DNA of 59,420 nt from Phoronis australis. Lineage: Eukaryota; Animalia; Phoronida. The DNA is taken from assembly GCA_002633005.1 (NCBI GenBank), contig NMRA01000688.1, positions 131,104 to 190,523 on the forward strand, given 5' to 3'. The notes under the pieces were generated by a model. It did no database searches. It saw nothing but the letters and a program-made list of their open reading frames with translations, and was not told where the DNA came from. Within the stretch, counting starts at the first letter, position 1. Each line of letters begins with the position of its first letter. Of the stretch, positions 12,942 through 25,212 are shown in pieces. Both the position numbers and the translations under genes were made by a program.

Positions 12942-15900
12942 GCAAGTATATTGTGCATTATTTTATTGATGAGAACAAGATATGTGATTCAAATCGCTTG
13001 CATTTGAAATGTATCGCATTTTCTTCCAAATTTTTGTTTGCTGACTATACGCTCACAGTTTACAGTCGGTAAACATGTGTCTTTGAACATGGTCAGTGGT
13101 TCAATATCATCATATAAAAAACAATGCAGATTTCTTTAACTTGAAATCTTCTATCTATCGCTGCTGAAGCTGCAAGCTTTCCGACGTCAGACCAAACACA
13201 GGCGTTGCAAGTAAAATGAAATGCCTTTTAAAGTTTGACCTGATAGACTTTCAACTGAGTAGTAATGTACACCATCCGCTGCAAGTTAAGCAGAGCTTTC
13301 TCAGACTTAAAAATGTTTATTAGTCTCGTAGCGTAATAGAGGCCCTCCCATCAAATTGCACAAGTCTTGTTTCATGACTTGCGTATTACAATTTTACCAA
13401 CTGTTTCCGGAGGATGAACCTTGACGAGTTCATAATCGTCCTGACAGAGTTTACGATTCAACAGTGTCAGTGCATACAGGATTCTATCACTTTTGCTCTA
13501 TCTTCAGCGGTGACAGTTGTGAGTCTGGGTGTAACTTGTGTCTTTCGAAAGAACTAGTGACTTTAGAATAGAAAACCCATTTCAGGTCTTTTTAAAACTA
13601 ATTAAAACATATTAAGAAAATTTCCAATTTTCACCCTTGTAAAATTCTGAAATGTACAGAATCGGTTCCCAATTGCAAAACATCATTTTCCAAAGTCTAT
13701 GCTGTAACGTTTTAATAACAGGCCAAAAAGGGAAATTTCATGGACACGATCAAGCAATAAACCGCACACACATGTACAGATCGTTCATTATCACTTGATT
13801 CACTACCATATTTCACCGTTTTCCAGCTAGACTTCTTGAAATAAACACTGCTAACATTCGCTACCTTCTTTCAATTTAATAGCTTCGTCATGCGCTAGTA
13901 ATTACCTCAGTGGTTTTTTTTGCAGACCCTATCGTTTACACAGGCCGCCAAGACAATTAAAAGTAAGTAAACGAAAAAAGCGTTTATACCGACTTGTGTT
14001 TAGCATTCTATTATTTTGTTGTGAATGTATTGACCAATTTTAGATTTTAAATGAATTAATCAATTAAGCAATGAGCAAACAATGGAAGAGTAGTAATAAT
14101 AATGATAATTATCCAGAAAGTTACTAATTACTCAAGTTTGTGGTAAGCTAAAGAATACAAGAAACAGAGGGCGCTATAAAGCCATTTGCCTGTAATGTGG
14201 AATGACAGAATTATTGCTTCACCCTGTACGCTTGAATTGCACTCGTTGTATACGGCGTGACTAATTATGAACCACCTTGTTTGAAACAAATGAGGTGTAA
14301 CTTCGTTTCCGGTTGGGAAATGCGTGCTACTGCGCACAATAGGTACAAGCGTATAGCAAAACGCCACAACATGGTCCAATGAAGGTTATAGGACGAAACA
14401 GGCTGGAATTGTTATGAGCCAAAATATACAAATCAAGTGACACAAACATATGGTTCCCAAAAACGCGTAAGTGGTCAATTTCTACGGTTAGTTGATCCTT
14501 TACGTATTTATTTAAGGTCGCGTAGACACGCCCACTGAGCCAACTTATGTCAGTCACCTCTCCTAAAACGTCATTATAGCGTAGGCGTATTTATAGTGAC
14601 TCGTTTTTTAAATGCAAGATTGGCTGCTATTTTAAAAAATAATACAGAGGTTGTGAGTTTATGTAGTTCAACTTAGTCTATGATAGTGATCATACACCTA
14701 CGTCGCGTTGAGTGGTCGGCTGGATACTATCAGCAGCAAGATTCAATTTTATAGCAAGATATTTTTTGAGTGGACGGTTCCTGTAAACAGTACTGCCGGT
14801 AAATCAAATGCAGTGATCGGACTGGAAAATAGTGGTGGCAAATGGCTGGGCTGGGCTTTGTAAACCGTACGTCCGGAGATAGAAATCTGCATCCAGACCT
14901 ACCGCACGTGATTGGCTAGAGTATTTTTGAGCAGGAACGCTGTATCGCTTCTCAAATTCCAATGAGATATGCTATTGTTACTAGATTGGAAACGGTCAAA
15001 AACTGTAGAAGATCTACAGTTTCTGACCACGCCATGGGGGAAGCGAATCTACAACATCTTAATAGTAAGAAATGAATTGTTTCGTAAGAAATATCGTCGA
15101 AATAACCCGGTCTTGTTTTTCGGAGGGGAGGACTGGCTATGGTGAAATTGAAATTATTTGCCGCGCTCTCGTCAGTAGAGCTCTATGTCCTCTTGTGGAT
15201 ACTTATCTCGTTTGGTTTCACCAGTTCAAAACACAAATTGAGATTCGTCCATCGAAAGATGTTCTTCAAATAGGAATATTTCGTAAATTACAGCCCTGCC
15301 TGAATTAACTACTTAATTACGAAAAATTCATTTTTTAAATGTGAAAATCAGTATCATTAAAATTTGGGGACCATTTTGTGGTGCACCACTAGAACTTTAA
15401 AAACTAAACTCAAAATTATTTATATTCATTCTAAAAAGCGGAAACGAAAGGTACAAAACTGACAGGAAATGTATGTTTAACCGTGTAAGTTTTGGAAGCT
15501 ATTGTTTTCTACCCTTTGTTATATGTGTTCCGCGTTTATATTTATTCCATTGCTAAAATATCACTTAACAACAAATTACAGCTATTAAAAATGTATATAT
15601 GTATACGTCAAACCCTGCAACAAACGCCTGCAATTAACTGGGTAGACCACCAACTGACGACTAAACAGGTTCGAGAAATTCTTTTGCGGTCTTTCCTCTC
15701 GTGTCTAATTCCAATTTTCTCTACCTGCTTCCTGCTGATGTGACAAACAAGTGTTGGAATTCCAATTAAGACCTAAATATTAGACAACTGTTCTGTAAAT
15801 AAACCTCAAAAGGAATGTTAATATTGTGATATTGCGTTGAAGTTTCTGTCTAATCTTCTGAAGAACAGATGTTTGGGGATACAAATATTTATGCTGCAGA

Positions 15901-18900
15901 TCGTAAGCTCAAAATGTCTTTTGCTTTTGGGCTCAGATACAGAAACTACCTTTCAGCAAACTTATGCTAGAGCAGTAAATTAGTAATACAAGTTTTCTCT
16001 TATTTAAAATTAACTTACGACTTACATTGACCAGTTAATGAGGATTTTCAGGGCAAGGAAACCACACGTTAATTAACCTGGTGGTTGTTTTCTTCTGTAA
16101 CTTCGTTTAGTCTTCACAAGGGGTCAGCTCTGTGTTAAACTCAATATATCTGGTCTGTCTGATCAAACAGCCGGAAGGCGTAGGTTTGAAAGTTGCGGTA
16201 ACACAAGTTTAATTGACTCTCAGCACCTATCAACGGAGACGTATTAATGCAGTTGTCAGCGCTCAGATGTGTTATCTCCCCTGATGTCAGTGTGTTATTA
16301 TAACTTTGGAATTTTGACATATTCTAATTGGACTGATATTGCAATTAATCAAAATAGCACCTATCAATAATGACTTTCCGGCCCTGTGTACTGTCCGTCT
16401 TGGTGTTCACAAGCGATTCCAAACAGTTTGAGTGCTGTGTCGTTAAGGTTACGTCGAGGGTGCAACCATATTTCACAAACTAAAACTACGGACTGTGCAT
16501 CAGCAACATATGTGAGGATTTAAAATCAAATAAATTTCATACAAATAATTGTTTTCTAGTGGAAAACGCCGCGTTTGGAAAGGCTGTGACCAAAAACGCA
16601 CGGTTTGTTTACGTGAAACATGTCAACCAAATAAAAGCTCCCTCCAAAGTTTTCCCTCAGTGCATAGCCCTATTTTGTTTGCCAACCCCTCACACGTGAA
16701 TCAGCATCGTTTAAAAATTCTGGCCATTTATTTGAGTCAGTCATTGTTACGCCGAGTAACGGTTAGACTTGAAAATAATGTGTCAGGAAACAAAAAGAAG
16801 CTGGTGTGTAAGTCTGACTCGATTCCATGCTCCAGTGGAAGTCAACTCGGTTTCGAAGTCCAGTTGTAACTTTGGTCCAGTAATTGAATTTCAGAGACCG
16901 AACGCGGAATCATTTGGATTAGAAACCAATCCTGGGGTTCAACAAAACTTCATAAAATTGCCCAAGCTCCAATATTTGTCATACAATTCTCGGCAAATAT
17001 TTCTGTGCAGTTTCATGCAATTTATTTCACGATAAACACGTTGTCTGGTACACACTCGGCATACATTTTGCTCCACCTATATTGAATGACGTGATCGGCT
17101 TCGCAGCCTGAGAGCAAAGGTGGCGCTGCTGCCAGTGTCAGTGTTAAAATTCACTGATTATTTCTTTCCACTTTGACAAATTTAACGCTATTTGGAAAAT
17201 TAAAATATGACTGTTCTTGCCAAAAAAAAAACGCGTGGTCACGGTATCACGAGAGAAGAATGGCAGAGTGTACTATGTGAATGACGTGAACGGATTTGTA
17301 TCGACCACCAACCTTAAAGATACTTTTATGTGTTGGCATGCTTCGATATTTCGAGAAAAAGACAACAATTCGGTCTGGAGAACAGTTGTTTAATAAAATT
17401 TCGGAACAGGCTGGAGAGGAATAGAACGCGACGACACCCGTGTTCAATTTTAGAACCTGAAAATTGAATTCCTAAATGCTGGTGCCAAGACTAGCAATAG
17501 GGTCAGTCTTTAGTGATTTTAATTTCACGGAATGGAATGGTTTGAAAAGCGTAAAACAAATAAAGTCAATAGTGGTCTCCGACAAAACCAAATAAAATCC
17601 CTAGGGAAGTATCAATTTCTAGAGAAAAAGAAGAACTCATTTTAATGGTCACTTTAGGTAGCAGTACCGGGATGGTCACAGATGCAAATGCGCAAAAGTT
17701 TTTTATCTCTGTTCAGTTCCTAGAAAAGACTTTACGACATAGGTATAAATCGTTGTCTTTTAGCAAATTTGTCTTGTCTCTCCAAGGCAGAATATTTTCA
17801 GGGGTGCTTCGACATAAGCGAGATCACACAAGGCCATGCAAAATTACGCGAGTGAAAGGCGCGTTTCCCGCGTTAACATGCAAAACGAAGTGACTGGCCT
17901 GTAACGTTGATATGAACATCTTGGAATCAACTGTTCATGAGCAATACATGAGTGCCTCCAATTCTACTACGATGTTTTGTTCACTGGATTCCAAGATGCC
18001 AGTAAATTCATGATGTAAAAAGTTATTGTATAACTCTTGTTTTCCAGCCTGCCCCGGTAAACCAGCTGACATCGTGTTTGTTGTGGATGAATCCAACAGT
18101 ATTTACATCAAAGATTTTGAGAAGCAGCTGCTCTTCGTGAGGAATGTGACAAGCGCCTTTACCATTGCTGCTGACAAAGTCAGAATTGGTCTCATTACGT
18201 GGAACACGATGGCTCGCACCAGATGGCGCCTGAAAACGTATACGGAAAGGGACCAGTTACTGGAACGCATATCTGGTGTCGGGCGAAAAAGTAGGACATC
18301 ACTAATACTGTGCTGTAAATTATAGATTCATCCATGTAGGGGTTTTGGTGATGTTACCTTGCGTTGTTCAGAATGCCAAGTTATATGGACGTTCTTGCAT
18401 TAGAATTTCCAAGAAATTCCTAAAATCAACAGTAATTGCGTTTGTAAACTAAAATGCATTCAATGATGCTCAGTTTAGTCCAAATCTCCTCAAAATAAAT
18501 TACCAGATGAATGCTAGTTTCCAAGGAATGTTACAGTTAAAATCTTTGTAACTGTGGGAAAGGTAAACAGCTGCAGATTTGACTGGTTTTCTTCAGAAAT
18601 TTCGTCTGGAATATGCTCTGTGGTCATGAAACGCTCTCTCGTTTGTAACTAAACCACGTGATTCAGTGGTCTCACAATTCACAGTTGGCTATATTGTAGG
18701 CATTGCTTACAACAGTCTGAAACATTCTTTCGATACTCGCAACCACATCTTAATACTGATGTTTATGTTCGCAATCAAAGACTACGTTAAGGTCTACGTA
18801 AATGAAAAATTGATCTATTGCAGTCGGTGGGCGCACGTATACACATATGGCACTGGCAAAAGCACGCGAGATGTTGCGGGAGGAGCAACGTAAAGACGTG

Positions 18901-21571
18901 CCACATATCGTCATACTGATGACAGACGGCGCTTCAACTACACCCGAGTTGACGGCACTGGAGGCTTCACGACTACATAAAGCAAACGTGACAGTCTTTG
19001 CCATAGGAATTGGTAATGTAAGTAGATTGTGCACGAAAATAATTTATCTAATCCATGCGTATTGAATAATCGGTAAAGCGCTCTAGTGTCATATAGATCA
19101 CTATTAAAACTCAAAAAATGACAATCGCTGCACAAATTAAAAAAGTTCGATTCGACGTTTCATGTGTTAAAACTGCGCTTACCCGCCCCGTTCCACAGAC
19201 CACAAATATGAACAACTTTTGATTTAGACGGCTTGCCGCTATTGGTCCATGGTCAAATTATTGGCCGGGATTTCAGGGCTCGTCGGCTCGACAAAATGTA
19301 GTTCGTTATTTCGTGTGCCTAAGGCCAGGCTCTACAAACTGTGTAATTGTGACGTCATTTTATGCGCCGGGCTGTCACTTCTTTACAAATCCAGAAATCA
19401 CGTCTCATCTAGGTATATCAAACAATAGGTTGAGATTAAATTTGTAGCAGTAAGTGGTCGAACGCGGATTTACAGGGTTAAAACGTGACAGCAAATAATG
19501 TCTAAACCTTCGTTGTTCCTAATTTAAAAATTTAAGACCCGTCTTTGATTCCGTTGTATTGAAATGAACACCCACGAGGACAGCCAACGAAGACATGACA
19601 ATTGCTTTGTGTTCAGTTTGTATCCAAGTTTCTATGAAACCTGAGTGGAGTCTTTGCCCTTGGCGTCTTTCAGATAAATATGCAGGAGATCAATATGATA
19701 GCCAGCGATCCTGACTCGTCTCATGCCTACGTCGCCAAGAATTTTGCGGAGTTGGGCAACAAGTTAAAGGAAAAACTGGTGGCGTCCACGTGTGAGATTA
19801 AAGTGATAAAACAACCAGGAGGTAAGAACTGAGATTATGGAACGCCCGTAGTGTCACCTTGTGGCCAATTTGTTTGACGACGCGTTGATGATGCATTCGG
19901 AGAGTCAGGAAACACCGTCCAGTACCATCCTGTAGAATTACCAAACGGCATTCAGGTTACAACTATTAAATTATAGGCATGGGCGTATGTGGTCGAAAGG
20001 ACTCGTCGTTTTTGGTACCTGAAAACGATCGAATTTGATTGAATATTTAACACTATGACCGTCACGGACAATTGAATCTCGCTGTGTTTACTTACGGTGC
20101 AGCAATATCCGCCAGGCACTTCTGTACCGCGTCATCGGAGTTCCACGTGTTATTTGGTGTAATCTTTTCAAAATTTCTCGGCTGAATTACACTGTTCGTC
20201 CTTCCAATGCCAACAAAGTATTAATGCTGTGTTGCGGGCTGCAATTACGACGGATACGTGATTTATGTCCATCGCCTTACCGGCAGCAATCAAAGATAAG
20301 AAAATGCTGAACGAATGGATAAAGCAAGCTTGTCGGGTTAATTTTGAGCGGAACAGAAGACCCTATCTTTAAGATATCTTTTTCAATTCTAGTACTTTTA
20401 AACGGTTGAAATATATATATCGCCTTACTCCGTCTTCTACGGTTTTCGACATGATCCGTGAAAATGTGACTGACGATCCAAAAATATATCAATGAAACCA
20501 ACGCGCTTTCTTACCTCTGGAACAAAGGAGAGTTCTATCGCTGTGTGATCCGGGACGGCCCTAATTGCCACAACATTTTGCGCCCATCCGGACGCAAGTA
20601 ATGTTATCGTCCTCATAAAATTTGGGTAGTAAACTGTGAACATAATACACTTGGCAAAATGTGTCAGATATCAACTAGAGTTGTATTGGACGTATATAAC
20701 ATGATGTCACCATAGTTTTAGGGAATCTCAATTATTCATTTTGACATTGCCAACGAAGCCTGATGAGAGGCCTACCTTACGATCGGTGTCGGTAGTGAAG
20801 GGGTTAGGATCTTCACATGAATGTTGGTGCGTGACTTTCGTGAACGATCTCGCCAAACACACTGTTGCTTGCAAACTACGATTGATAAGATCTAGCCTGT
20901 CTGTCAGCGTTGCTGGTAAACAACACAATAATCGCCTACCATTGGAAGATATTCTCAGAGCCGTTCCTTGTATAAAATAAGTTAGACATGTTCTTTAAAG
21001 GAAAAAAAGACACCAACAATATGTTATTTTCCTTACCATGATTGATGTGATGAGTTCAGCATAGTCGTAGCTAGTCTAGTCAGTGTATTCAAACCACAAG
21101 TCATAAAACACATGGGGCCTACATGATGAAAGTCAAAATTTTGGTTTACACTCCCATTCGTGAATTTCAAGCCTCATCAGACATCTATTAGTCATTAAGA
21201 TTTATGGAAAGGTTTTCTGTAGCAAACAAATATCGCGACTAATAATTTCTGTTTACTTTGAATCGGTGCGCCAGAGTCTCTCCGTACGTTTTCTTTGAAA
21301 CAAAGCGCTTGGCTGAAAGTCTACTAAGTGCGAAGCTGTCGTCAGCCAAATGAGTGAACGTTTCGAACGTAAGTTTCGTGCGTCATGTTCACCCACTTAG
21401 CCATTCTTTTTTGCTAAGCTGTTGAAAATTTCTGGTCCTACATGGGACAAAATGTATCACTGATTAATAACTCGATTTATATGTATATATGTATGTATGT
21501 ATATATGTATGTATGTATATATGTATGTATGTATATGTGTATGTATGTATGTATATGTATGTATGTATGTA

Positions 21572-21630
<59 letters not shown>

Positions 21631-21637
21631 GTATGTG

Positions 21638-21668
<31 letters not shown>

Positions 21669-24600
21669 ATTTGATTTTCACTCACACAGAATGTGGACCA
21701 GAGGATGTGGTCGACCTGGCGTTTGTCATGGGATCTTATAATCAGAATCCAGAAGGAGCTCGTAAAGCAATGAAATTGGTTGGAAATATTGTTAAAAACA
21801 GCAATATTATTATTGATCCGAACAACGTTCAGGTGGGTGTGCTTTTCATGAAAAGGGCTTCATTTGGAGGATTTATTTTCTCTTCACTGCTTTAACTGAC
21901 TGATTGTACGTATATGATCAAATTTGCAAACAGTGAAATGACATGCGTGTACACGTTTGTACCGTTTCTCTTGACTTCTTCCACATTCTGGGTCTTGAGG
22001 AAATGTCTCTAAAAATTTAACGGACTTTTATTTTTATTATTGTCTTTTGTAACATCAACAATATCGACGAATTTGTGATTGACTCTTGCAAAAGTAGAAA
22101 TTATAGAATGCACATGATGTCAAACGCGCATGAGTACACGTTAATCAATGAAATTGATTTCAAAACAGGTTTTTGCTGAAGTGTCTGCCATTCTTTCACA
22201 TACTAAAGACGCGTGTTGTGCACGACGTAGTTGTGATTTTTTTGTTTCCGCATTCAGCGATTTCTACCACCAAACTTTACTCGAGTCTCATCTCGACCAA
22301 TCACGTTGGATGAAAGTTCACACCAAGCGCGCCGCGTGATTGGTCAATTTTTGAGTGGTGTTTCGCCTGGGTATAGTTTGGTGACCGTGGTTCATGTAGG
22401 CTACAAAATAAGAAATTTAAATGTCAATTATTATACATTCCAGGTAGCCATGGTACCAAACACTTGTGAGTCCATTGGATTCAATTTAAACGAGTACAGT
22501 AATAAAGCAGGTCTTCTGTTTCATTTTGAATTCGTTGGAAAGCGATTTGAAACAACAGCCGATCTTCTGGACGTTATGAGGTAACTAGATAAGTAACATT
22601 GTTTTCTTCAAGTAAAAACATCGAGGTCACAGATTTTTGAGAAAACACCCAGGACATCCACTTTGTGGACGACCCACAGATATCCTTAAATAAATCTTTT
22701 ACTTGTGATTCGCCGTAAAATGACATCACCTAACTGAAGAAGGCTGGCTCACCAGAGTGAGCAACACAGTAAGACAATTTGTTATGTTGCCCTCGAATCC
22801 AGTTCTTACATCACTGTTCCCACACCAGTGTTGACGATGTTGCAGCTAAATAGAGAATCCTACACGAGTCTTAGGCTTATGACATGGGCAAAACCTCTTC
22901 CGTAAAAATCCCGAGGCTTGCCGAGGGATTTTGACGGAAGAGGTTTTGCCCATGTCATCAATCTGAGACGAGTGTAGGATTTGTTTTCTCACATGAACTG
23001 TAAAAACGATCTTTTTTGCCGAAAAACTCGACGTGTCTAAACATTTCAACCACATGACGCAACTTTTGTAAAAACACGCTTGCGCAATGTAAAATAATTC
23101 AGTTACTTCATTAATAGTTTATTTTAAGCTTAACAATTGTAAATTGCATTCAGCTTTCGCAACAAATATTCAAGTTGGAACCTAATAAATAGTCTTTGAA
23201 GTTGTAGCATTAGAACTTAAAAAATGTTTATAAATAGCAGTCAGCAAGTCTTCCCCGCGCGTAAGCACTGAATTGACCTTGAGACACCACAACAAGACAG
23301 TTTTGCCGTGTTTCTTGACTTGGGGGTCGTCTCCGTTTGAATGAACGTGGATACGGAGTTCGTCGCCGAAGATGGGTCCGTTTAATAAGTTGTTTGCATG
23401 TCCTTCCTACTGGGAGTACCATCAGTTGCTACACCGGATTTGTCAATCATAACTTTGTCACCTTCTCGGAATTCCGGCATTGTTTGGTTGGCGTGGGTTT
23501 GGTTGTTTCAGTGTTTTGCGATAAAATGTAAGGCGTATGGATTTCTACCTTGCACCACTCGCCCATGTAATATCAAAAAATACGTACTCGGTGTTATTAA
23601 CCAGTTGTGTCGTAACACATTCCAGGTCTTGTGACAAATCTCTATCTTTTAACAATTGATGAAGTGACGCGGAACAGCATCTGAGAAGAACGAAATGTCA
23701 GTCCTTTTCAGCGAAACGGATATTCTTTTACATTAGGTTTCAGTTAAAACAATGCGATACAAAGTGAAGCATTGTAAAAAAGGCAGCTTTGTTTAATCTG
23801 TTGCATTTACCTTTTGTTCGGCAGCAAATTAAACACCACTTCATTGCAGGGATCAAACGTTTATCAAGGAACATGGAGCTAGGGAGGACGCTCGGAAAGT
23901 GGCAGTAGTGATTCTTGACAAAGCCTCTCCTGACATGGCGGCGACGATCCAAGCTGCGAAGGCTGCAACTGACAAAGGCATTAAAGTGGTGTGCATAGGT
24001 GCGTAAGTCTTCTCAATTTCGGGTGAAACAATAGGCTGGTTGTGGTTCTGAATGCTAATTGCCAGGACTGGTGAGGCAATGAATGTTTTGCTAGACCTTT
24101 TATTCCAATAATGAAATGGTCACGTAAAACTGCCTACATCCTCAAAGGAATGCTTCGACTACCCACTGACAGTCCAGGCACAAAACGTCGCGACCAGGAT
24201 CTAATATCCTAACTCAGACTCTTATCAGACTCAGATTCGAATCTAGCCAATCACATGACATGATTCAAGTAGAAATTTTCTCGAAGCGTGTCATGCCAGT
24301 GATCATTTTTCAAGTTTCGAGTACAGTGATTAGACGTTGAGCCCAGGGCTCTGCTTCAGGAAAAAAGACTTAAGGCATTAGACAAAAATTGGATCTTACG
24401 CTCCAACTTCCCAATTTTTAAATAAAGGCACCGCTCGGCTGGACCCATTGCAATGATCACCGCTCGGCTGGACCCATTGCAATGATCACCTGGAACCATT
24501 TTCATACTTATATATTAATATATAGATAAAACCGAGTAGTGTTGAGGATCTCAGAAACCTGACTCAAGGAACTAGCAGTGTGTCTCAATGAGACTCGAAC

Positions 24601-25041
24601 CCACGAGCTTGGATAAAGGCAGCGGACGCCTATCCCACTAGGCCACACTGCCCCCTCTAATTTTCATGTCGCTTTTTATTGAAGAGACTACAGAACTTTA
24701 TTTAAAAACTACCAGAGAAGTTTTCATTGCGTGAATTCATAAAGAAGCAATAGTTTTTTTATTTCTTTCTGATGATGATTCACAAGGTAAACTTATCTAC
24801 AAGAAAGCATGCTGTGGTGGTCAGACGTTTACACCTTCACTGCAAGGATTGTTCAGTTATTTTAATTACGAACACCGTCAGACATTTGCCTCATCTTTCC
24901 TTCGCAGGAGTCGGTGATGACGTCAACACGGAAGAGCTCGCTCAGGTGGCCAGCGATCCGGACATGTCATTCAGGGTGAAAGATTACGACGAACTGTGGA
25001 CCTTGCGAGACGACATTATTTGGAAACAAGTCTGTCCCTAA
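12915..25041 (+). CDS. Gene A: secreted double-VWA-domain protein (matrilin/collagen VI-like VWA, ~403 aa), 9 coding exons
   Basis: join(12915-12941,13926-13962,18048-18290,18824-19017,19674-19821,21690-21832,22444-22580,23850-23998,24908-25041) = 1212 nt, open, all phases compatible. Signal peptide MRSFVLLCMTLSFTQA. VWA1 motifs DIVFVVDESNS..T..LMTDG..FAIGIG. VWA2 is degenerate. Confidence 0.9.
13926..13962 (+). CDS. Gene A coding exon 2 (37-nt microexon TLSFTQAAKTIK)
   Basis: ttttttgcag| ... |gtaagt. Homologous to 38860-38893. Confidence 0.8.
18048..18290 (+). CDS. Gene A coding exon 3 (VWA1 N-half, DxSxS)
   Basis: CPGKPADIVFVVDESNSIYIKDFEKQ...; tttccag| and |gtagga. Confidence 0.92.
18824..19017 (+). 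CDS. Gene A coding exon 4 (VWA1)
   Basis: GGRTYTHMALAKAREML...VILMTDG...VFAIGIGN; |gtaagt. Confidence 0.92.
19674..19821 (+). CDS. Gene A coding exon 5 (VWA1 C-end and linker)
   Basis: INMQEINMIASDPDSSHAYVAKNFAELGNKLKEKLVASTCEIKVIKQPG; tttcag| and |gtaag. Confidence 0.9.
20207..20365 (+). pseudogene. Decayed THAP-domain fragment in an intron of gene A
   Basis: MPTKY*CCVAGCNYDGYVIYVHRL /frameshift/ PAAIKDKKMLNEWIKQACRVNF, i.e. the THAP N-terminal C-x4-C, HRxP and W motifs. Confidence 0.55.
21477..21670. repeat. (TATG)n/(TG)n/(TA)n microsatellite
   Basis: Directly visible. Ends ~20 nt upstream of the acceptor at 21689. Confidence 0.95.
21690..21832 (+). CDS. Gene A coding exon 6 (VWA2 start)
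   Basis: CGPEDVVDLAFVMGSYNQNPEGARKAMKLV...NNVQ; cacag| and |gtgggt. Confidence 0.9.
22444..22580 (+). CDS. Gene A coding exon 7
   Basis: VAMVPNTCESIGFNLNEYSNKAGLL...TTADLLDVM; ttccag| and |gtaact. Confidence 0.88.
22856..22981. repeat. Near-perfect ~126-bp palindromic hairpin element
   Basis: Arms of ~57 bp: aatcctacac...atgacatgggcaaaacctcttccgt(a)aaaatccc / gggatttt(g)acggaagaggttttgcccatgtcat...gtgtaggatt, around the loop gaggcttgccga. Confidence 0.85.
23850..23998 (+). CDS. Gene A coding exon 8
   Basis: DQTFIKEHGAREDARKVAVVILDKAS...GIKVVCI; ttgcag| and |gtgcgt. Confidence 0.9.
24429..24490. repeat. Perfect 29-bp tandem duplication
   Basis: caccgctcggctggacccattgcaatgat x2. Confidence 0.9.
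24510..24655 (-). mobile_element. tRNA-derived SINE (5' part)
   Basis: Minus strand has an A box TGGCCTAGTGG and a B box GGTTCGAGTC, followed by non-tRNA body sequence (gttccttgag...). No proper cloverleaf. Confidence 0.65.
24908..25041 (+). CDS. Gene A last coding exon
   Basis: GVGDDVNTEELAQVASDPDMSFRVKDYDELWTLRDDIIWKQVCP*. Confidence 0.92.
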
Positions 25042-25206
25042 TAGCACAACATCAATGAATAATTCTCCTGCCAACGAAGCTTTCCCTTCAAATGCATACC
25101 TTCAATGTGACCGCTGGAACGTCACAAGACACTCTTGCATCGCTCAACTTTTAATGGGAACAGACATTTCACGCTTGAAGATTAAACCAAAGCAGTATTT
25201 CATACA

Positions 25207-25212
25207 AATAAA
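25207..25212 (+). terminator. Putative polyadenylation signal of gene A
   Basis: AATAAA ~165 nt after the stop codon, followed by T/GT-rich sequence. Confidence 0.55.

Noticed and set aside
16443-17317. Possible TTAA-flanked Kolobok MITE (TTAA|GGTT...AACC|TTAA)
   Set aside because: Only 4 bp of terminal inverted match, which could be chance.
21442-21685. Cys/Val/Tyr- and His/Thr-rich ORFs
   Set aside because: Translations of a dinucleotide/tetranucleotide microsatellite.
24575-24655. tRNA gene
   Set aside because: A and B boxes are present but there is no consistent acceptor or anticodon stem, so it is better explained as a SINE head.
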